Part shown: one piece after another, positions 12,001-24,000 of the stretch
Layout: each line of letters begins with the position of its first letter
Position numbering within the stretch: position 1 is the first letter of the stretch
The notes under the pieces: model-generated
The model's input: the letters and a program-made list of their open reading frames with translations, nothing else
Database searches by the model: none
Told to the model about the DNA's origin: nothing
Made by a program: the position numbers and the translations under genes
Source of the DNA: Phallusia mammillata
Taxonomy: Eukaryota
Length of the DNA stretch: 64,000 nucleotides
Direction of reading: 5' to 3'
Assembly (NCBI GenBank): GCA_965637545.1
Contig: OZ281495.1
Location: 20,212,001 to 20,276,000, forward strand

Positions 12001-15000
12001 AAGCTTTCTGATGGCATGAATGCTGCCAAGGAAGAATTTCAAGATCTGAATTCTCGTGTTGAATTTGAGAGAGCTGAGTATGAGACAGAGATAGAAAGTG
12101 CACAAGAAGAAATCAGAGTAAAAGATGAAAATGTTAAGGTATATTCTCACATTTTTAATTCTCCTGGTAAAATGTTTTATTTATTTTGGTTTCTCATAAC
12201 TTTTTCTCTTTTTCTGTTTTACTTTGTTCTAGGATGAGGTAAGTTTGTTTGGGAATATTGCTGTTGTATGGTTGTGTTCAATGTATTGAATAATTGTGGT
12301 ATCTTTCTTGTTGCTGTATTCTGGGTGTAGTTGTAGATGATGGTTTTAATTACAATTGTACGAAAGGTACATTATCCAGCAAGTAGAGGTTTAAAAAATG
12401 CTAAGTTTTAATTTTACCAAAAAACACAACAAACACACATGGCAAGAATTTCAAAATTAAGGCTCAAAATCAGATATAAAACATGGTAATGTGATACAGG
12501 AACTTCAAGCTGAAATTGAACACAAAACTGCTGCCCTGAACAGTTTGCAGCAACAACATGAACAGTTGACAACTTGTCGTGAGCGGGAAACACAGGAAGG
12601 AGACAATCTCCTGAAAATGCTTAGGGATGATCTGGATAGATTAAACAAAGAAAGGTATTAAACTTTAATAAATGATTAACATTACAAATAATATTAGTTT
12701 ATTTCCATTAAAAGAAAAGGCCTTTAAAACCTGAATACATTATAAAAGTAAACTTGAATTTGAAATTTGTCTTTGGTTTTGTGGTTACAGTACATATATG
12801 TTTTACCAATTGCACCTTAAACAAGCATTAATCAATTATTTTGACTCTTGCTTTAATGTTATTTGTAAATTGTATTAATTTTTAGCAGGTCATTAAATAC
12901 TTTTTTACTGTGTTCTATTGGGTTGTTTTATTGTTGAATATGAATTTATTAAAAATACTAAATAAGTACCACTCTTTCAGAGATGCAATCAGCTCAGCAA
13001 ATGAGCAACTTCTCTCCACCTTGTCAGAATTGGTGACAACTAATCAAAAGTGTGAGGAAGTGATTGCCAAGAAACTTGAAGCCCTTCCTATTATGGGAAC
13101 AAGTAGTGGTGGTGGAGCATCTGATGCTGCAGAAAACAGTGCCACACAATTACCTTCTTCCACTGGAGGTTTGTATAAAATACTTTTTGTTTCCACACAC
13201 CACTTTGTTTTTGTCAATGTAGGGGTTCGGAGTTTAGGGTAATTTGGGGATGTGCCCAAATTGTAAGTGTTTTGTTTGGTCGAGCATGCTCATTGTATTG
13301 TGACATCACAAAAACTCCTATTTATTTTTTACTTTTTCAAGCCCATTATGTAGCCACCAGTGCTGTATTTACACTCTGTAAGTCCCTTCTACATAACATG
13401 AGAGGCAAGCCAACGCTAATTGAAACACCCATATTTTTTGAGTAAAAATGAACACAATTATTTATAAACACTTGTAAGTGCGCGTGTTTGTTTCCTCAAT
13501 TCTCGATTTTACGCATGTTGCATACGGGTGAAAAGGGTCAGCGTGTTTTTTTTTCACAAACTTCTTTCCAGTTTTTTTGTCTAATACTTGGGTTAGTTCA
13601 TGTGATTGCTCGACCGAGCGCCAAGCTTAAAAACAGCACTTAGGTTTTGGCTCGGTCGGCCCGTTTCAAGATAACTTTAGTATTTTCTGGTGGATAAAAT
13701 ATTATTGGGTTCCCTTCACTGAAGTAACATTTTTATTTTACTGTTGTTGATTATTTCAATGGAGGTAGCTCCTGCACTTTTGGCATGAGGGGTTTGATGG
13801 ATTAATCAAAACCTTTACAGCTGGTAGATATAGCCATATATATTGCCATCTGTTTTGTTAAGCCCAATAGCTCCAGCAATTACCCATTAAAAGCCACAAA
13901 AGAGTAAAACTTCTCTTACAGTAGCCAGTGAATACAAATAATGTGTTTTTTTGTTTCTATGGTCTTGTAAGTACAATTATACATGAATTGGTCAGGACGG
14001 TAAACTGCTTTGCATTAGAATAATATACAGATGGTAGAATTGATGAAATGCCAATACGGGACAGTGGCTGCCCTAAATGGGACAAAATTTTAAGTTATTG
14101 AATTCCAAGTTATATCATAGTAATCATCACATCCCTTTTCTGTGAAGCTCACCAATTTTACAAAACTAATATACCTTCTTACATGCCCAAAATGTAGCTT
14201 GAGAAAAGTAAAAGCACCCCTTGCGACGATTTTTCATTGCTAAATAATCTTGCCGATAATCTAAATAATCTTTTTTAGGCAAGGAGTATTAACCTAATAC
14301 ACTAACAAAACTCACAGTATAACAGGTGTTGTTTACATCAACAGAACAAAGCAATGGCACTGATGCTACGACTACACCAGTAAACACGAGTCTCAGTGGA
14401 AGTTTTGTGGACGAAGGACTTGAACTTTCGCAGCGTCTTGCTGAATCAATGTTTGTTGGACCTGAACTTGACTCATCTGCAAGGGAAGTTGTTACTGGCA
14501 GCGGAACACGAGTCGGTCAAGCTGTAGAGAGATTGCTTGATATGCTCAACAACACTGTACAACAGGTGAATAAAAGCCATTTATTTTATCAATCATGCAA
14601 TAGTTTACCCTTGATAAAATGCGAACCAAAGTTAATATACCGATATTTCTTTGTGATGATACGAAATGTTCCTTTGGCCATTGGTGTTTATGACGGTGAG
14701 GTGAAAAACAACTGGTGTCTGGTAAACTTCAGAAGTTGCCGCATACGTTATGATGCTGGCATTGTACGCGGTGAACGTTCCGCAATTGTTCTTAACATCA
14801 GGTAATACCTAAACGGGTGAAAATGCTTAGTGATAACTAGGAAAGAGTGAAGTTTCGTCATAACTAAAGCTATCATTATACACATGCGAAAAATGTCTAC
14901 CCACTGGTTGTCCCGCGATTCCGTGATTTTCGTGTTGAGCGTTTTTCGTGCAGGATTTGTTTTTGCTTTAACGGTAAGAAATTGATGAATCCCTCTTATG

Positions 15001-18000
15001 CTGGGACAGGGTTGGTACATTATTACAAAACCCCACCCCAACCAAAATAGCACTTACCGTTTCCAATTTTACCCGCGATCCTCCGCGGTTCATCATGTTG
15101 AGGTTCATCCCTTCATTCACTCCTATAACGTGTGGTCGTGTACGAATTAAAAACAAAATTTTAATAACTTTTTCGTTCACATTTTGGCTGGGTTTGCAAT
15201 TAAAAGGTTGCATGTTATAATTAAACATATCAGCATAAAATACTTACCATTAATACGAAAGAAACCTATGCCTGTTTAAACAACTCGGTTTGTAATGCCA
15301 CTTACAACCACACTGTTCTGAATCGCCTGAACAAAAACCTCTAGATTTGCCCGCACACATCTGACTAATTTGCTTCGTTTGAAGATGTAATGCAAGGTAG
15401 ATGCGTAAGTTGTGTAGCCTGGGGCAGCCGATTGAACTTGCTCGATGTTTATCATTTTACTGTATTAACGCCAGGGATATCTAGATTGTGTTGTTTCCAT
15501 ACCCCCAGGCTTGTTGGTCGGTTTGTTTTATTGCAAGCAGCCTAGAATGGCCGTTGCTAGCTTGCAGTTTGTGATGGAGTTTATCCCCAGAGCCGAAAGG
15601 AACTATCAAGTGAAAATAATACCAGAATTAAGTCGCAACTGCCTAACGTGGCATGTAAATGGAGAATGGATGACAGATTTCGTTTTGCAGGTGTTAAATA
15701 ACACAGTGTGTATTGTGAATAGGAATTTGTAATTTTTTCTGCATTTAGCTGAATTAACAAGTTCTAAAGCATGTTTTGGTCAATTTGACTTAATTATTGT
15801 TTGTATGTAAAATTTAACATATTTGTTGACGTTTTGCAGTTGAATGCAGCTCAACAAGCTCAGACAATTTTGGGGGATGAATTACAAAGAGTTGTGGAAG
15901 AAAAAGCAAAGAACCAAAGTGAACAAAATACAGGTACTTGCTAACATAAGATAGCACATGTTTGCAACATTCTTTTAATTGGTTTCACATTCAATTTTAG
16001 ATGCAGATGTAGATATGTTGGTGGCGCATCTGAAACAACAGGTCGACATGCTGGAAAAAGAACTGGCTGAAAGAAATAAAGCTATCGAAAACCAGGAAAA
16101 AGATAATGCCAATGTCATAGCTGCACATGAAAACTGGCTAGCTGAGGAAAAATCTTTATTGCAAAGACAGCGGGAAGCTCTTGTCGACGGAAGAGACGAA
16201 ACTGAAATCAGTATGATCATTCACTTATGTTTTGCATCCCACTTGTTCATCTTTAACTAGTTTGCATGTATTTTGGTGGTGATATGATTTTCGTACTTAG
16301 ATTTGCTTCGCGCTACTGAGGAACTGGCCAATGAAAAACAGATGCTGGTTGAACAACAACAGAAGGAGAGAGATCGACTGGAAGAAGCTGCCCGACAGTT
16401 GGAACAGATGATGGAGGAAGAAGCGCAACGTGCTCAGGATCAAGAGCAAATTTACCTCAATCAAATTGAAGACCTTAAAACACAGGTCTCAAATTTTGCA
16501 CCAAGTTGTTTGTTTTCCATTTGTGGTTTGCAACAAAGTTTAAAATTTGGTTAAGAGTTTTAACGCAGATGGAAACTTCAAAACCTTTGCATTTGCTTGT
16601 ACAAACACACCCCCTTCAGATTTAGAGACACAAATATTAAATTTTTTTGCACAACATTTCACAATCCAGATTAACTTTGAAAACATTTTGTAAACGCAGG
16701 TTTCCCATGTTTTTTTTATATTTGATGTCAGATTTCGGCGTTGAGCAAGCAAAACGAGTCTGACAATCGTTTTAACGCCGAACTGGTGACGGACCGTGAG
16801 GCTGAACGTGAGCAGTTCGAACAAATGATGGAAACAATGAGGAATGAAATTGACCAAGCTCGTGACACAGCTAAAACCGAATCTCTACTTGCTGAAAAGG
16901 TATCAAGAATATTAAGCAAAAATAACAATCAACGTTAATAAGCTATAATGTATTTTGACGATAATGAAAACTACCATATAAAAGGCTGTGTAAATGATAT
17001 TAAGTTAAACGTTTATGAATACGTCTAACTTGTAACAAACCGCTACCAGCGTCGAAGTTCGGGAAAATCGGATTTGTCTTTGCCCGCGGAATGCGGCCCG
17101 TCACTTGATGAAGAGGTGATATGCCTGTTATCAACGCCATCGGGCAGAGTAGCGATATATTTTATTGCACTTGCATGAAAATATAGAAAAACCATATCTA
17201 TCGACAGCTAGTCTAAACTTTGTGTATTCTTTGACCGTTGCATTTTAGGCAACATTTATGTGATATCTAGAATAGCACGATTACATGATTTTTAGCGTTT
17301 TTAGGTTTAGTTTTAGTTGTTGATCAAATTTCATTTAGGTCTATTGCGGTTTCGTCACGTGTTTTAAAATGTTGACATTGGTTCGTGTGACGAAATCCAT
17401 CCCCTGGGAAACGTGGCTCATTCTAACGAGGCCATTACTAACCACTCTCTGCCATCAGCTGTTAGTTTAAACGCTATTTGTTAGCTGGTCTCGTATCAGC
17501 GTTTCGACTGCAAAAGTATTGCTTATATACGAGTAAAACTTATGTTAGGAATGCTGTCAGCTACCTTAGCTGCCCATTCTGCATGTTATGCTAACCGCTC
17601 GCACCAGAGTATACCAGTAAAGCAGAAGTTGAAACATAAGAAGGTTACAAATGCATGTTATACCGTACTATTAACTGATGATTGCGTATAGGGTAAATTT
17701 CAGGTTTTATTTATAGCTTGTAGCTTAAAAAATGTTTGGGGACTTAAGAATGCAATGTTGCCTTGCATGTTATGATGCAAGATAGTACATTACGAAATGC
17801 ATTGACTAAAGATCAGAACTAGCTAAAAGTACGTTAGACTTTTTTGATTATGAACAAAAATAATGTGTTAGGAATTTTTACATTGTTGTTTTTTGAATAG
17901 CATGTTTAGTGTATGGTAAAGTATTGTACGAACGCTAATTACCAAGTGTATGTACGTTTCGAAGGTTGCTCATTTGGAAGAGGATTTAGAAACAAAACAA

Positions 18001-21000
18001 CAACAGCATCAGGAAGCTCAGGATCAGGTCGACAAGTTGCAGAGCAAGATAGGAGATTTGGAAAATCTTATCGAAGAACTCAAAGATCAAGCGCAAGATG
18101 ATCAAGAGGTTTGTACGTAACACCATAAAATCCTTTAAAGCAGGAGTGTAATAGATGTCAAGCTTTTAAAACGTGTGTATTTTGTCAATTATATTAGCGG
18201 TCACCAGGTTACTAATACAAACCTTTGTCAACTCAACACAGCTTGAAACCCTGCGGAACGACGCTACAAAGACCAAAAACGAGCTTGAGGAGTCGCGTCG
18301 TCAACACGATGTTCTCCAGCAAGAACTTTACGATAACATGTTGCGCATATCAGCTCTGGAAGCTCAACTTGATAATTACAGACATGGTGTCGATGAACAG
18401 AAGCTTGTGGCGGCTGGTAGAGCACAGGTCGAAGACATCATATTGGAGGAACAAAAGGATGACATCGAAGACCGAGACAGCCAGGTTAATTTGTAGATGC
18501 GTTAAGTCGAACTCCGAAGTTTGTTGAATTGAAGACCAAGGATAATAGTTTTTTGTGTGGTGGAAGTCCTAACAAAATCCCGATTAGAATGCAAATCAAA
18601 AACACACATTGTTGATCCAACACCCTGTTCTTAACGTGATTTGTGAATTGTATTTGGCAGATATGCAATAGATAAACCTGCGACAACTTTACCAATATTC
18701 GGTCTCTATGTTTTATTTCATGTGTAGATCGCGATGTTGGCCGAGCAGCAGAACAATTTGCGCACACAACTCATAGAGAAAGAAGAGCAAGTCGAAAAGT
18801 TGCTTCGTGAACTGGATCAGTCTAAAGACATGGAAGTTGACAATGCCAAACTGAAGGTATAACCAACCTAACTAAACCATTTTCTAATTGTTTACCTCAA
18901 AAACTCAAAAACTGTATGCCATATCAAACCAAACCAACGCTACTAATTGTAATAAATCTATATCTTTACAGTAAAGTGCATCAAACTACTTTAACCTTTT
19001 AAGTTTTAATAATTTTGTTGAACTGATTTTTTTGACAAACAATTTCTAATTCACAGGAGGAAAACGAGGAGTTGCGAAATCGACTGAACGAAGATGGCGG
19101 AGAACCACAACAACAATCCACACAGTCCGAACAACTCGAGGCATTATCACGACATTTGCTGGAAGAGAAGAATGCTGAAATAGATGAACTCCGTCAGCAG
19201 ATGTCGCTGCTGAGAAGTGACACTTGTGATGGAGATCTTTCAGTGTCTGAACAGGTTGGTATGCTTTAGCTGAGATTGAAGTTAAAGTCTTACTTAAGAC
19301 CTAAGTGAACTGGCAAACATGGATAGTAGGAATTCCATAGACTTAGAAAGTTGTGCACTATCTGCTGATATAAGATACTAAGATATAGAATGACCGTATT
19401 TTGGTTTAAACTGGAATTCGTGTCGAAACTGATGCGTTTTTGTTTTCAGATCATGTCATCACTCAAAGATCAAATTGAAGATCTCGCAACCGAAAACGAA
19501 CAATTAAAGTTAAAACTGCAACGTGCTGAGCAGCAACTCACAGAAGCCCTTGAACAAAATGCATTACAAGAAGAAAACGTCCAACAAGCTGTAAAAGACA
19601 ATTCTGAAAATGTAACAGACGTAGATACTGGAATACACGAAGTCGATTTAACTGTGGGTGATTTGACCCGACAAGAAGAAATAAATAAACTCCTCAGACT
19701 GGAAGAAGAAAATCGCCAACTTAAGGAAGCGGTGGAAAATGCTCGCAGTGAGGCTGAGAGATTGGTTGCTGAGGCTGAAAAAGATATTTTGAATCTTCCT
19801 CCGCGGGTTAAAGAGTTGATCCGTGATCTGGAGGAGAGACTCAATAAAGAGGAGGAGAGTGATGGTGGAAGTGCGTCCTCTTCTGATTCGTCGAGTGATG
19901 ATGATTACGACAAATACGAGGAAAATGTGATGAAGCTCACACACAAGAATAATGTATCAAGCGATTTGTTGAAAAAACCTAGGAAGTCTAAAGACTCCAA
20001 TGTTGTGAGAGGTAAAAAAATATAAAGTACATGCAAATGAATATGTAAAATAATGGCACATGAAAACGGGCAGTGAATTTATTTTTTGTGTAAATGGCCT
20101 AAATTTTAACATACATATATATATATGCCAGGCCAATCTAAGTCCATTGTTCAATTAAGCACCAGTCTAATTTAGATTTTGCCCAGGCCTTTATCGCCTA
20201 CTCATATTAGTGAAAATGTTTGGTCCATGTAGAAACAATACTCTTTCCGGGTGAAAATGTGCACGATTTTGTTGCAGAAAAACTGATGGAAATTGAGCAG
20301 GAGCTTCGTGAAAACACTCCAGGTGTTCTTTCCCACATACTCAAAAACAAATACGATGATGCAAAGGAGCAAAACGAAATTTTGAAAAGATTGGAAAACC
20401 AACTAGACGAATCTGAGAAGAAAGTAGCAACCCTTACACAACAAGTACGAAAAAATACCTGTATATTGTATATAACATAGTTTACGGACACAGCGTTTGT
20501 ATTCTACACTACTTACTACGTAGAACATGTCTTCCAACCATGTGTTGTTAAAAGACGTTTCAGGACATTTAAATATGTATTCTCTAGGTGGCCGAGCTTC
20601 AAAATGCTTTACACGCGCCCGACGTGTGTATATCGATGCGCGACGAAGACCTCGATGACAAATCGGATCGCGATGTTCACGTGGATCAGGTGAGACCGCA
20701 TCGTGTGAAGGAACTCACGACTGAAGTGAAAAGAGTGAGATTTGTGTGCGGTCGACCCATCGCCACTAAAACCATCTGCAGAATCAAATGCCACAAAGTC
20801 GCTGTCTACTTTTGATTGAGTTTTTCTGCTTGTGTCGAAGTGCATCCCCATATATGCTATTCCGATTCCAAATGGCTCATCTTAACACTAACGTTCAATA
20901 CACCTAAATGCACATGCATTCGTGAAAACCATATTATATGCTAAATAATAAATAATCCCAAATTCGTCAACAACACATATTTTTTATCATTTTGTATCCA

Positions 21001-24000
21001 TTAAAGCTGCAAACCATCAAAAAAGCGTTTTCAGAATTCTTGGTGCAATCGTTTTCACTGTGAAATCATATATTCTTTCCTGTCGAAAATAAATTTGTTT
21101 TGTTTGAGTTTGGGAGCCTTTGTATGTTGAGAGCAACAGCTGCCTCAGTTTTATTGATTTCAATTCGCCTATTTACGTTTTTTTGCTGAATCGCCTGAGG
21201 CTATTTAGCCGCAAACAACTCTGACAGCTGTTGCTCTCTGCTGCCGAAGGTGTCGGTTGTTTTGTGTAGAATCTGTGCGCTAGAGTTACATTTACACCAG
21301 TTTTATCGCATTGTAGAAACCGGATGTTCCTGTGGATCAGGAAGATTCTTCGTCATCTTCTGATTCTGAGGACGATGTGGATGAAATGAAAATACAGCTC
21401 GATGCCAAAGAGAAGGAAATACAAAAGCAACGGGAATGGATAAGTGAATCAGCTGAAAAGTTGGAATCTATGCAAATGTAATTTATAGCTAATGCAGTTA
21501 AATTACAAAATAACTTACTTTCTTTAATAGAACATTGTTTAACGGGACGTACTGCGTCGCAGATTAACTTTTTAGTTGTGTCTTAAAACGATCCGGTGGT
21601 TTTTAAGAAATGCTAAGGTTCAAGTCAATGAAATATCAAACTTCATTCAATGTTCCATAGTGAATATCTTTTAAAGCATTGATCATGTTGTAACAGGGAG
21701 CTTCAAGAACTAAAGCAAGAACATGAAGAACTTATTTTCCGCTGTGAAAATCTTGAAACCGAAGTGGCAGAAAAGTAAGTACATTCGTCTGTTAAGTGTG
21801 TGTAAACAAATGCATGAATGTAAACGAACATATATTCAACATCTTAGGTCGGAAGAGTTGGAAGCATTAAGACAGAAATTTGTCGATGAAGAAACTGGGG
21901 ACAACATTTCTCAAGACGATGTTTCACAAGATCCAGAAGGTGACGAACAAATTTCGTCAGAGCTTGAACCAATCAAGGAAGAGATCGACTCAGATATGGA
22001 GAACACAGAGAAACTGAGTGATGAAGTCGAGGAGTTAAATAAGAAATTAATTTCAATATGCGAGGTTTGTACATCTGCTAGTCGAATAAACTGTGGTATT
22101 TTTTTATTATATTGTGGAATTTTACAATGTAATGTGTTGTTGTTCTGAAAATGGTGATATCTAAAACCTAAAACTATCACTTCAAGAACAATAAAACTGT
22201 GTTTGATTGACTTTAATGACTGTAACAATATTTTGTGAATGATATTTTACCCTTATTAAATAGTTGAAATGGCAGATATTTTATCAATATGGAAAAGGTG
22301 TTTGTTAGTTATGCCATTGTTGAAACGTTACAACTCACATTAAATTCTGAATACTGTTACTTTTTGGTTATAGCATACTTGCTATAATACTTGGTAAGGT
22401 GCAAGTTTGGTAAACATGTTTGTATGTTGTCGTATAGGACCGGGATCGTGTTTCGAAACAGCTGAACGACGTACAACGTGAATGTACAGCTCTGCTTGAT
22501 GACAACAATCGTCTGGAGGATGAGAACAAGAAAATGGAGGAGAGGGACGCTAACCACGTTGCTAAGATACAGGAGTTGGAAGATTTGATCACAGAACGAG
22601 AAAATGAACTCCAGCAGGTTTGCAAAAAAGTTTTGTATTATCGAATATTGTAGCCACACTTCCTACTAAATATATGTGCGAGATGGTCCAGAAAAGAATA
22701 ACCCCAGAATGTGCATAACATGTTTGGCCGAGTACCAAGCATGTCTTATTACTTATTAGTAGGGATGGGCCGAGCCGAGCCAGAACCCGAGTACTCGGTA
22801 CCGAGCATCGCTGTTTTTGATGCTCGGTGCTCGGCCGAGCAGTTGCACAAACTGACCCGAGCGTTAAATTTGCATACTCATGCCCTGCTAACATATTTAA
22901 ATAGTGGTCTAAAGGGTATCTATGAACAAAAACGAATATTTTTTTAAATGCACTAGATGGTAAAAAAACGCGTACTTTATGGGCATGTACAGCTTAAAAA
23001 ACACCGCCGGTGACGTAAGAGGCCTTGCAGAGCTATAACGTAATAAGGGGATTTTTTGTGACGTCATAATGCACCGAGCCTCCGAGCACCGAGCATTAAA
23101 GTGAGATGCTCGGTGCTCGACCAAACAGAACATTTGCAGTTTTGGCACATCCCTACTTATTAGTTCATTTTCAACTCCTTTATCCTTTTTTGTTGTTAAG
23201 CACTATATTGGTCGAACCGAAATCTTTATGATTGTTTCGCGGGGTACCAAAGCAAAAAGATAGTGACATTTGGTGCATAGCGAACACGGCTGCCACGTTT
23301 TTGATGGTGGCATTCATGATTGTTTGCAAAACGATTTATATTTTAATGTAGGCACAAATGGATGCTGCAGAGTTACAGCAAAATGTGAACGATTTAGCTG
23401 AGGATCTACAGAACATGGAAAGTATTGTACAAACTGCAACTAGCAACAAAATGATCATACAGGTTTGTTAATACGTTGTAAGCATAGTTTCTTTTGTACT
23501 ATCAGACAACTAGGGACAAGGCAGTGTTAATCGTTAAATCGAACGTTCAAGAAAAACGCGACCACTTTATATTACGTAGCAAGGCTAAGAAACAAATTGT
23601 GACCTAGTATATGTCAAATAACATTTTTCCAGCTCTCTCAAGTCTGTGTTTTTACAGGAGGAACTTCACAATAAATCTATTGAATACAAACAGACTGTGG
23701 CAAACCTGCAGAACGAAGTTGAACGTTTAGCAATGCAGGAACAATATCAACATGCCAGGGATGGCAGTGGAGATGGACAGAACTTACATGCGGACAAGGT
23801 ACTAAAATCCCAGACCTATTACAACAAGTTACAACGAAGCCCGGCCCGATTGACCTATAATGATCAGTGACAAACTTTAATATGATAATGTGTTTGTATG
23901 CAGTGCATTTGGCATGTATTTAGTTAACAGTATTGGACGATGCAGGTTGCACTGGAAAACGTTGCTGAGGGCAGCATGTTTAACATTGGTAACAACCGTT

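Noticed and set aside
17100-17200. Box C/D snoRNA suggested by TGATGA at about 17105
   Set aside because: There is no matching CTGA D box or terminal stem; the region is better explained as a cassette exon.
19470-19944. Long minus-strand ORFs over pericentrin exons (also 15975-16220, 21911-22228, 30003-30194 and others)
   Set aside because: These are antisense shadows of coding exons, Ser/Phe-rich as expected from E/K/Q codons on the other strand.
21219-21259. Additional cassette exon in pericentrin intron 20690-21316
   Set aside because: It is 41 nt, not frame-preserving, and has a weak donor.
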